From Clostridiales bacterium (lineage in GTDB: Bacteria > Bacillota > Clostridia > Christensenellales > UBA3700), in assembly GCA_015055975.1 (NCBI GenBank), contig SVHF01000002.1, positions 2,225 to 66,224 of the forward strand: a stretch of 64,000 nucleotides of DNA. The letters are read 5' to 3'. The notes below the pieces were generated by a model. That model ran no database searches. It saw only the letters and a list, made by a program, of their open reading frames with translations, and was not told the origin of the DNA. A program made the position numbers and the translations under genes. Below, piece after piece: positions 16,998 through 24,617 of the stretch; the first letter of the stretch is position 1; each line of letters opens with the position of its first letter.

Positions 16998-17918
16998 CTA
17001 TTTCTTTTTCTTTCGAATTTCTGCAATTTTTAAAGCTGCAGCTTTGTCTATAACTTCGATTCCATTTTGTTCTGCAATTTCCGCAATTTGAAGAAGTGCA
17101 GCTTTCATAAATGGCCTTGGAATTTTTACATATAATTCGCAAGCTTCTTTTGTGAATTTCACTTTTGTATCTAATCTTTCGGCACAATACATTACGCTAT
17201 CTACATCGCAAGCGTTAGATGCTGCGATTGCTTCAGATGTTGGTAATATGCCCTTGAATTTTTTATACCAAAAGTTCTTGCTATCATGATATCCATAATC
17301 TACTGGAACGTTAGGGAATGATGTAGCTTTTAGTCCATTTTTTAGATTATTTGCATATTTTTCTTCCATTAAAATCTTGTCTATTTTTAATATGAAGTGG
17401 CATCCAAACTTTGATGTGATTCCATTGAAGTTATTATATGGTCCTTCAACTCCTTCTAATTGGCCAATTTTTTCTTTTGCTTTATATCCATCATCAAGGC
17501 TATCATCCCATGTACATTCGATTACTTGATAAGCATCCTTTAGAATCAATGGTCTTTCACCTTCAGCTTCGCCTTTAATCAATTCAAAATTGCAATTCTC
17601 CATCTTTTCTTTTGGAGTCTTTCCAGGGAAACCTAATCTTACTGCTTCTTTGAAATATTTTCTATCGTCTTTGATGAAGTTCAAAGCGCACTTGCCATTC
17701 TTAAGAATGTTTTGTGCGGTATTTGATGAATTTCTGCATTCTAAAAGCATTGCATAATAGTCTTTCCCAGCAATGTAATAAGGGAATACAAGAGAATAGC
17801 TTCCGCATGTTGTCATGCCATCGTCACAAAGTGTTGTTATGATAACAGTTGGCATTGGAAAGAATAAATTGTTTTGGTAGAAATTGTCTACAGGTTTAAT
17901 TGATTTGAAATTTGCCAT
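16998..17918 (-). CDS. Flavin reductase-like (FMN-binding split-barrel) protein with a C-terminal PCP_red-like helical domain
   Basis: FFPMPTVIITTLCDDGMTTCGSYSLVFPY...NILKNGKCALNF fits Flavin_Reduct. The C-terminus FTKEACELYVKIPRPFMKAALLQIAEIAEQNGIEVID resembles the protochlorophyllide-reductase 57-kDa C-terminal (PCP_red) motif. Confidence 0.65.
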   Translation of the reverse strand: MANFKSIKPVDNFYQNNLFFPMPTVIITTLCDDGMTTCGSYSLVFPYYIAGKDYYAMLLECRNSSNTAQNILKNGKCALNFIKDDRKYFKEAVRLGFPGKTPKEKMENCNFELIKGEAEGERPLILKDAYQVIECTWDDSLDDGYKAKEKIGQLEGVEGPYNNFNGITSKFGCHFILKIDKILMEEKYANNLKNGLKATSFPNVPVDYGYHDSKNFWYKKFKGILPTSEAIAASNACDVDSVMYCAERLDTKVKFTKEACELYVKIPRPFMKAALLQIAEIAEQNGIEVIDKAAALKIAEIRKKKK

Positions 17919-18269
17919 ATAATCCTCCAGTAAAAATCTTTAGTCGTTTGCATAATAATATTACCATCAAATAAGGTGTTATTCAATGTAGCCTTTTTGT
18001 GAAATAGCAATCTGAATAAAATAAAGATTGTTTATATTAATCACAATATATTTTACGAGAAATATACATTCTATATAGTTCTTTATAGTTATTTTTAATA
18101 TGCGATTGTTATTTTATTAACAAGAGGTGCCCTAAATTTAATAAACAAATGTCTATAAGTAGAGCCAAGTTGAAAAGAATTGTTTATTTTAATTGCTACA
18201 TAAGGTCATCCCATTATTTCTAAAACACGAGCCATACAAAAATAGTTTTTAAGTGGAGGGGTTATAAGT

Positions 18270-19934
18270 ATGCGAAAACTATTTATTATTTTAGTTGCAA
18301 TATTAATTGCGACGCTTTTGGTTTTCAGTGCTTGTTCAAGCACAGATGATTTCCAAACAACAATCAAACTACATGAGTATTTTGTAGATGAGGAATTGCC
18401 AGAGATTAGCATTAATACAAAAAATGGTATCTCAATTTCTGATTCATCTTTAGTAATTCCTGATGAACACAAAGGACTTGCAGGTGAAGTAAAAGTTTAT
18501 GACTATGTCAAAGCAACAATAAGCGTTTCTAAGGCAGGCGAGTTCAATTTAGACAATGTCGAGGGTAAAGTTAAAGTTAGAGGTAACTATACATCTACAT
18601 ATCCTAAAAAGCCTATTAGAATTAAGTTCTCAGAAAAGCAATCACTTGTTGGTTTAAATAATGGTGTAAAACTAAAGAGCTGGGTATTGCTTGCTGAATA
18701 TAAAGATACAAGTATGTTGAGAAATAGCGTAGCTGCATACATCGGTAATTCTTTACTTGAATCAGAAGGATATTATTGTACAGACTTTAGATTAGTAAAA
18801 GTTTATATGAATGGCGCATATGAAGGCTTATATGTTGCAGTAGAACAACAACAAGTTGATTCAAATAGAGTAAATATTCCAGAGGCAGAAAAGACAACAA
18901 GCGTAAAGACGGGATATATGCTTGAATATGACGGATATTATTTCAATGAAGCTCCAATGCAACAATTTACGATTAATTACGATACAATAAGCCATCTTGA
19001 TGGAACTACATTTAATGCTACAACAAATGGCAGAAGCTCAAAGGGATTCTCAATTACAAACGATCTATATGCAAATGACGAGGAAGATCCAGATGTTGTA
19101 GAAGCTGTTCAAGAAGCACAACGCGCATTTGCTCAAAAGTGTGTTCAAAACATTTGGAACGTTTTATATGATGCAACTAATGTAGATCACACATCTAGCC
19201 CATATCACACAATTAATGGAGATGGGGATTATGTTGAAGATGCTTCAATTAAATCTGCACAAGAAGCTATTGAAAAAGTCGTAGATACAAAGAGCTTAAT
19301 AAACATGTATATATTACATGAAATTTGCCAAGATTATGATATTAGTTTCTCATCATTTAATTTCTCTTTAGATATGAGTGAAGAAGGGAACAAAAAGCTT
19401 ACTTATGTTGCGCCATGGGATTTTGACTATTCAATGGGATACAATCCAAACGATGGTGGTCGTGTACCTGCTACAAAGGGTGGTTTAAAAGATAAGGATA
19501 AACTTATCCAAGAAGGAAAGGTTGAAAACAATCATTTCACAGTGGATGCTGTTATTTCTCCAGAAGATTTTGAGTTTACAAATACAGAATTCTTGTATGC
19601 TGCAAATACAAACAATCCTTGGTTCGTTGTTTATACAAATCAAGCATGGTTCTGGCAAATGGTTAACGATAGATTCGTAGAAGCTGAAAGAACAGGAGTA
19701 TTTAGTGGCGCTGTTAATATGGTTAATACTCTATCTGATAAATATGTTGATGCATTTGCAGAGAACTTTGAAAAGTGGGATGCAATTATAAGCGGAAGAG
19801 AAAGAGTAGATATCAACATGCAACCAATTGCTGGATATTTTAGAACTCAAAAGCAAGCTGCTACATATCTAGCTGCATGGTTAAATGCAAGATGTGCAGG
19901 ACTAGGCGTTGCTTTAAAAGAGCAAGCAAAATAA
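18270..19934 (+). CDS. CotH family protein (atypical kinase fold), predicted lipoprotein
   Basis: Signal peptide plus lipobox LLVFSAC. The core KPIRIKF..LLAEYKDTSMLRN..YCTDFRLVKVYMNGAYEGLYVAVEQ matches CotH. Confidence 0.8.
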   Translation: MRKLFIILVAILIATLLVFSACSSTDDFQTTIKLHEYFVDEELPEISINTKNGISISDSSLVIPDEHKGLAGEVKVYDYVKATISVSKAGEFNLDNVEGKVKVRGNYTSTYPKKPIRIKFSEKQSLVGLNNGVKLKSWVLLAEYKDTSMLRNSVAAYIGNSLLESEGYYCTDFRLVKVYMNGAYEGLYVAVEQQQVDSNRVNIPEAEKTTSVKTGYMLEYDGYYFNEAPMQQFTINYDTISHLDGTTFNATTNGRSSKGFSITNDLYANDEEDPDVVEAVQEAQRAFAQKCVQNIWNVLYDATNVDHTSSPYHTINGDGDYVEDASIKSAQEAIEKVVDTKSLINMYILHEICQDYDISFSSFNFSLDMSEEGNKKLTYVAPWDFDYSMGYNPNDGGRVPATKGGLKDKDKLIQEGKVENNHFTVDAVISPEDFEFTNTEFLYAANTNNPWFVVYTNQAWFWQMVNDRFVEAERTGVFSGAVNMVNTLSDKYVDAFAENFEKWDAIISGRERVDINMQPIAGYFRTQKQAATYLAAWLNARCAGLGVALKEQAK

Positions 19935-19960
19935 AGAATAACTTACAATTTGATACGATA

Positions 19961-20006
19961 CCTCCAAAGTGGACACTTGAAAAAGTAAAAACTTTGGAGG
20001 TTTTTT
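19961..20006 (+). terminator. Rho-independent terminator after the cotH-like gene
   Basis: Perfect 10-bp stem cctccaaagt/actttggagg, 20-nt loop, then T6. Confidence 0.65.
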
Positions 20007-20068
20007 ATGGAAAGTTTTGCATGTTTAATGCAGTTAAACAGATGATTAAGAAAAGAAAATGCGAAAAG

Positions 20069-20130
20069 CGGGACAATTTGACCCGTTTTTATTGAAATAT
20101 TCGGGACAATTTGACCCGTTTTATTGAAAT
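20069..20130. repeat. Tandem direct repeat, two copies of about 30 nt (cgggacaatttgacccgtttt(t)attgaaat)
   Basis: Copy 1 is 20069-20098 and copy 2 is 20102-20130. They are identical except for one T in the T-run. Copy 2 contains the putative -35 of the downstream ATPase gene. Confidence 0.9.
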
Positions 20131-20152
20131 TTACTGCAAAATGATGTATTAT
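20124..20152 (+). promoter_or_regulatory. Putative promoter of the DUF4143 ATPase gene
   Basis: TTGAAA (20124-20129), 17-nt spacer, TATTAT (20147-20152). Confidence 0.45.
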
Positions 20153-20175
20153 ATGGTTGCAAAGGAGAACTTAAA

Positions 20176-21519
20176 ATGAAAAGATTCGTTGAAAATGTTT
20201 TAAATGAATGGATTACTAATAAAGATAAATCTGCATTACTTGTAGAAGGAGCTAGGCAGGTAGGTAAAACATATAGTTTAAGAAACGCGTTACAAAATAA
20301 TAATATTTCATATTATGAAATTAATTTTTTGGATCGTCCAGACATATTAGAACAAATTAAAAATCTAAACGATGTGCAAGATATAATTTCAAAACTAGAG
20401 TTATTAGCCCCAACTCCGCTTACAAGGGGGGAGTCAATTATATTCTTCGATGAAATACAAGAATTTCCTGAAATAATAACTAAGATTAAGTTTTTGGTTG
20501 ATGAAGGTAGTTACAGATATATTCTTAGTGGCTCTTTATTAGGGGTGGAATTAAAAGGGATTAAATCAGTCCCTGTTGGATACATGAAAACAATTAGAAT
20601 GTATCCTATGACTTTTAATGAATTCATTATTGCTGTTGGAATGAAAGAAGAAACTGTAGAATATGTGCACAATTGTTTCAATGAGAAAAAAGAAGTCGAC
20701 AAAATTATCCATGATAAAATGATGCACTTGTTTTATCTATATTTGATAGTAGGAGGAATGCCTGCTGCTGTTCAGAAATTTTTAGACACAAAAAATTTGT
20801 ATGAAGTAGATAAAGAGCAAAAGAGTATTATTAATTCATATAAAGCAGATTTTTCTAAATATGAATCTAATGATAGAAAGTTAAGAATTATTTCTATATA
20901 TGACAATATACCTTCTCAATTAAATAAGCAGAACCAAAAGTTTATATTCACATATCTAAATAAAGAACTAAGATTTGAAAGATATGAGAACAGTTTTTTA
21001 TGGTTAAAAGATGCTGGGGTCGCCTATCCTGTGTATATTGCGAATGAAGCTAAGAGCCCATTGGTTATTTCAAAAGATAAAAATTCATTCAAATTATTCT
21101 TATCAGATGTCGGATTATTAACTTCGTGCTATCCATTTTTTGTAAGAGAGGAAATAATGGCAGATACAAACAACGAGTATAACAACGGGGCATTGTTTGA
21201 AAATTATGTAGCTCAAGAACTATATGCAAATAACGTAATTCCATATTATTATAAAAGTTCTGATGTTGGAGAAATAGATTTTCTTGCCGAAATAGATGGT
21301 TCAATTGTGCCAATTGAGGTTAAATCGGGGAAAGGATATCAAACACACAAAGCTTTAGATAAATTAAACGCCAAGTATTCAAAAACGCTGGCAAATGCAA
21401 TTGTGCTTTATGCGGGGAACACTTTAGCGAAAAAAGGTATTTTTTATATGCCAATCTATATGGCAGGTTACATAAAAGAATCTGAGGTTAAACAATTTAT
21501 TGTTTCTCTTGATATATAA
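20176..21519 (+). CDS. AAA-family ATPase with DUF4143-type C-terminal domain
   Basis: Walker A VEGARQVGKTY and Walker B IIFFDEIQ. Length and C-terminal GEIDFL...IPIEVKSG (restriction-endonuclease-like DUF4143) are typical of the AAA_14/DUF4143 family. Confidence 0.8.
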   Translation: MKRFVENVLNEWITNKDKSALLVEGARQVGKTYSLRNALQNNNISYYEINFLDRPDILEQIKNLNDVQDIISKLELLAPTPLTRGESIIFFDEIQEFPEIITKIKFLVDEGSYRYILSGSLLGVELKGIKSVPVGYMKTIRMYPMTFNEFIIAVGMKEETVEYVHNCFNEKKEVDKIIHDKMMHLFYLYLIVGGMPAAVQKFLDTKNLYEVDKEQKSIINSYKADFSKYESNDRKLRIISIYDNIPSQLNKQNQKFIFTYLNKELRFERYENSFLWLKDAGVAYPVYIANEAKSPLVISKDKNSFKLFLSDVGLLTSCYPFFVREEIMADTNNEYNNGALFENYVAQELYANNVIPYYYKSSDVGEIDFLAEIDGSIVPIEVKSGKGYQTHKALDKLNAKYSKTLANAIVLYAGNTLAKKGIFYMPIYMAGYIKESEVKQFIVSLDI

Positions 21520-21600
21520 AAAATAATTATTTTGTGAACAATAAATAATCTCATCGAAAAAAGTTTTGTATACTAACCAGTAGTGCGCTTGAGACCCTAA

Positions 21601-21690
21601 TGGCGGAGAGCGCGAGATTTGAACTCGCGGTACGATTGCTCGTACACAGCATTTCGAGTGCTGCACCATCGACCACTCGGACAGCTCTCC
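21601..21690 (-). tRNA. tRNA-Ser (anticodon CGA), encoded CCA
   Basis: The reverse complement reads GGAGAGC-TGTCCGAGTGGTCGATGGTG-CAGCA-CTCGAAA-TGCTG-(long variable arm TGTACGAGCAATCGTACC)-GCGAG-TTCAAAT-CTCGC-GCTCTCC-G-CCA. It has a 7-bp acceptor stem, a T-loop TTCAAAT and a class II long variable arm. Confidence 0.9.
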
Positions 21691-21729
21691 GCGCGTATAA
21701 AGTATATAATATTTTGGTCGTATTAGCAA

Positions 21730-24048
21730 TTACGAATTGGCTTGGATTTTTGACATTGCAATTGCAAAGTTATATATATTTAGAACAATTATAGCAAGAG
21801 CTATTATTCCACCAGCGATAATTATTATTTTCCCAACAAGAGAACTCCATATATCGTCAAAAGAAATAATATCGCCATTTAGTATTTTATTTAATAAACC
21901 AAAAGAATTCTTGCCTAAAGAATCTAGTTTGAAGTATTTCAAGACTTTTTCGAAGTTAGATTTTTGAGCATCGCTACTAATTTCTGTTACATGTTCCATC
22001 ATTAATTCATCTAAAGTGTATTTCGATGCGCTTGTAACAAGGCCATTATCAGCTGCTATAAAAGCATCATAATCAATATCGCTATTTATAGCATTTACCT
22101 TCCCATAGAATGTCATGTATGCGTATAAGTCTAAGTTATAGTTATCTCCAGCTATAGCATCATAGGTGGCGTCATTTTCTATTAGCGGAACTTCTTCTTG
22201 ATCTAACCAAGTAATATCGCTAGAATCTGTTTTTGACCATCCTTTCATTATGTATAGGGCATATTCTTTTCCCAAAGTTAGTGAGCCAACACGAATAGCA
22301 TTATGGTTTTTCCCAATATATCCAGATATAAAGTTTGGTATATCAATTGGCTCGCCTTTTGCACCTTTTGAAACAAAAACTAGGTTTCCATTAACATAGA
22401 AGTTTACATTGTAATGTAAGTAGATTCTTATATAAGATATTTGTTTGTCAGTGTGGGCATATAACATTCCATCGTTTGTGTAAACTTGAATTTCTTCATT
22501 ATCGCTTGAATAAGCTTTATAAGAAGTTGATCCTGTTTGTTTAAAATAGTAGGGAAGTTGCTTTGTATCATCTTGCATGTCGCCAAGGAAGTATTCGTTT
22601 AGCGAGTCAATATAGTAAGGCATAGAACCAAGAAAGATGTATTGAGGTGTATCTTTGTCTACATCAAAGAAATATACATCCAAATATAGCATCTCTTGCC
22701 AACTTGGAAAGAATGTTATATCGGAAGCCACAAAAGAGGAAGAATAAACAGTTTGAGTGCATTCTTCATCTAAATACCAACCAGCAAACATATACCCATC
22801 TTTTAAGGGCTCTACATCGTTTTCAAGAAGATCAGCTCTTTTTGTGTAGTAATTAAACAGCTTATCGCCATCGTGTAAATATACATCGGTTTCTAATGCG
22901 TAAGATATTGAATAAATTGTTGGCGTTTCATATTTTATATATGAAGGGACTCCATACGACTTTATAGAGGCGATTTTGCCGTCATTTTCGTAATATGGGA
23001 TAATTTCTCCATTTGTGTTGTATACATGATATTCATAATCTGTGTGATATGAAGATAAATCATTGAAATTGTTTGAATAGTAATAGTCGTATTCATCTTC
23101 ATAATAATCTATGGTTAAAACTATATCTTCATATACTTCAAAAAAATCAGTATATTTGTAAGTTGCATTAATAGAATATATTGGGCTCCATTTTGCATAT
23201 AGTGTTATGTCATGTGGCGTGAATGAAGATGTATATGGAGTTTGTGTATATTCTTCATCTAAATACCAGCCCATGAATTTTGCATTATCTTTAGTGGGGG
23301 TTACTGTATTTAAGCCCAGATCCGCTCTTTTATAGTAATAAGCATAGGGAGTTGGCGACATAGGAAGAGCGCCGCCGAAACAGTTATAACTAATAGTAAA
23401 GAACGGATCTGAAGCTACCCGAATAAACGATGGAACACCAGAAGATGAGGTTGTAAAATATCCAATCTCGTCTTGCTTGACATCTAAAGCTACATTTGAT
23501 GATGTATAAATCGTGTAACTTGAATGTCCTGAGACCATCGTAGAGACAGAATCTAGATTCTCATAATAATATGAATAAAAATTATAATAACAATTTATAT
23601 ATGAAACCGTATCGTCAATAGCATTATAAAAGTCTGTATACAAATATTTTACTGGAAGTGAAATATATGGAGTAAATTGTGCATACAAAGTTAAATTGCC
23701 AGATAAAGTTGCTGGCTTTACTTTGTCTATGTAGTTAGAATATCCAGAATCTTTAAACCATCCTAAAAATTTATATCCAGCTTTTGTAGCAGGTTGTAGA
23801 TAAAATGCGCTATCTGTAGATTGAACAGATGTTGGATTAGATGGGCTATTTGTACCTCCATCTAAAACATATGTTATGTAATATGTGTTTGCTAAAGAAA
23901 CGGGGATTGTATCGTTTGCGGTTAAGATTTCATCTTCTGCGCTTGCGATGTTCCTGTCGCATGCAATCAAGAATATAGATATGGTTAACACACCTAAAAA
24001 TAGAACAATTAATATCAAGAATAAATTTTTATATATATTATTATTCAT
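21730..24048 (-). CDS. Large Tyr-rich surface lipoprotein with Flg_new (Listeria-Bacteroides) repeats and a C-terminal TM anchor
   Basis: Signal peptide plus lipobox FLIAC. Three Flg_new signatures (KAGYKFLGWF, NAKFMGWY, DGYMFAGWY). C-terminal TM IIIIAGGIIALAIIVLNIY. Confidence 0.7.
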   Translation of the reverse strand: MNNNIYKNLFLILIVLFLGVLTISIFLIACDRNIASAEDEILTANDTIPVSLANTYYITYVLDGGTNSPSNPTSVQSTDSAFYLQPATKAGYKFLGWFKDSGYSNYIDKVKPATLSGNLTLYAQFTPYISLPVKYLYTDFYNAIDDTVSYINCYYNFYSYYYENLDSVSTMVSGHSSYTIYTSSNVALDVKQDEIGYFTTSSSGVPSFIRVASDPFFTISYNCFGGALPMSPTPYAYYYKRADLGLNTVTPTKDNAKFMGWYLDEEYTQTPYTSSFTPHDITLYAKWSPIYSINATYKYTDFFEVYEDIVLTIDYYEDEYDYYYSNNFNDLSSYHTDYEYHVYNTNGEIIPYYENDGKIASIKSYGVPSYIKYETPTIYSISYALETDVYLHDGDKLFNYYTKRADLLENDVEPLKDGYMFAGWYLDEECTQTVYSSSFVASDITFFPSWQEMLYLDVYFFDVDKDTPQYIFLGSMPYYIDSLNEYFLGDMQDDTKQLPYYFKQTGSTSYKAYSSDNEEIQVYTNDGMLYAHTDKQISYIRIYLHYNVNFYVNGNLVFVSKGAKGEPIDIPNFISGYIGKNHNAIRVGSLTLGKEYALYIMKGWSKTDSSDITWLDQEEVPLIENDATYDAIAGDNYNLDLYAYMTFYGKVNAINSDIDYDAFIAADNGLVTSASKYTLDELMMEHVTEISSDAQKSNFEKVLKYFKLDSLGKNSFGLLNKILNGDIISFDDIWSSLVGKIIIIAGGIIALAIIVLNIYNFAIAMSKIQANS
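22414..23667 (-). repeat. Internal coding repeats: two full (~163 aa) and one partial module within the surface-protein gene
   Basis: aa 128-288 (YISLPVKYLYTDFY...ITLYAKWSP) and aa 289-451 (IYSINATYKYTDFF...ITFFPSWQE) are colinear. aa 452-545 repeats the Tyr-rich half. Confidence 0.7.
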
Positions 24049-24055
24049 TTTGTCT

Positions 24056-24112
24056 AAAAAAACTTGTCATGGTTTCTGTAGAGGAAAACTACTAAATAAC
24101 CACCATGACAAG
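24056..24112 (-). promoter_or_regulatory. Terminator-like hairpin plus U7 in the 5' leader of the surface-protein gene (possible attenuator)
   Basis: On the minus strand, cttgtcatgg(t) (24112-24102) pairs with (a)ccatgacaag (24073-24063) around a ~28-nt loop. T7 (24062-24056) follows, ending 7 nt before the ATG. No SD is visible. Confidence 0.45.
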
Positions 24113-24138
24113 CCATAGGGAGACATTTTTGTTCATCT

Positions 24139-24192
24139 AAATACTCTAACTCGGGTATTCATGGTTACATTTTAACCCTACTTAGAGTATTT
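24139..24192. repeat. Perfect 11-bp inverted repeat (aaatactctaa / ttagagtattt) with a 32-bp spacer, bracketing the -10 and TSS of the surface-protein promoter
   Basis: The arms at 24139-24149 and 24182-24192 are exact reverse complements. Confidence 0.85.
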
Positions 24193-24197
24193 GTCAA
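24169..24197 (-). promoter_or_regulatory. Putative sigma-A promoter of the surface-protein gene
   Basis: Minus strand TTGACA (24197-24192), 17-nt spacer, TAAAAT (24174-24169). Confidence 0.5.
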
Positions 24198-24226
24198 TAA
24201 TAAAATCAAACATTTTTATAAAATTG

Positions 24227-24235
24227 TGTTAAAAT
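24227..24235 (+). promoter_or_regulatory. Extended -10 (TGtTAAAAT) upstream of the XRE gene
   Basis: The sequence tgttaaaat lies 36 nt upstream of ATG 24271. Confidence 0.35.
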
Positions 24236-24270
24236 GATTACAAAATTACGAACAAGCATAGGGAGAATAT

Positions 24271-24567
24271 ATGTTCGGCGAGAGATTAAGAGCGCTAAGG
24301 AAGGCACGCGGCCTTAGCCAGGAAGAATTGGGTGAAATGACTCAATTGGGTCAGAGTAACATTTCCGCGTGGGAAAGAGGCGGAAGGTTGCCGCTACCAG
24401 ATGGTTTGATTAAGTTAGCGTCATTTTTTAATTGCACAATTGATGAGCTATTAGGTTTTGATGCTAATGAAAAAACTGAAGATTTGCTATTTGTAGAACA
24501 AAAGTATTTATCGTTAAAAGAAGAAGATAAAGAAAAAGTAAAAATATATATTGAATCTTTAAGTTAA
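24271..24567 (+). CDS. XRE-family helix-turn-helix transcriptional regulator
   Basis: FGERLRALRKARGLSQEELGEMTQLGQSNISAWERGGRLP is a canonical HTH_3 domain. Confidence 0.85.
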   Translation: MFGERLRALRKARGLSQEELGEMTQLGQSNISAWERGGRLPLPDGLIKLASFFNCTIDELLGFDANEKTEDLLFVEQKYLSLKEEDKEKVKIYIESLS

Positions 24568-24617
24568 ATTAATGTATATTCTTTAATATATACGAAAAAG
24601 CTAGAAGGAGATTAACT

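Noticed and set aside
19877-20095. 72-aa ORF spanning the cotH 3' end, the terminator and the tandem repeat
   Set aside because: It runs through a strong terminator hairpin and the repeat, has no SD, and is Lys/Arg/Cys-rich junk. Non-coding.
20069-20130. CRISPR-like or minisatellite array
   Set aside because: There are only two adjacent copies, no spacers of CRISPR size, and no cas genes anywhere in the window.
21424-21794. ORFs of 101 aa (minus) and 64 aa (plus) overlapping the tRNA-Ser gene
   Set aside because: They are translations of the tRNA and its flanks. The cloverleaf with a long variable arm and encoded CCA explains the region.
15344-24270. Genomic island or prophage at the tRNA-Ser locus
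   Set aside because: No integrase, recombinase, transposase, phage structural genes or duplicated tRNA 3' segment were found by eye. The accessory nature remains plausible, but mobility is unsupported.
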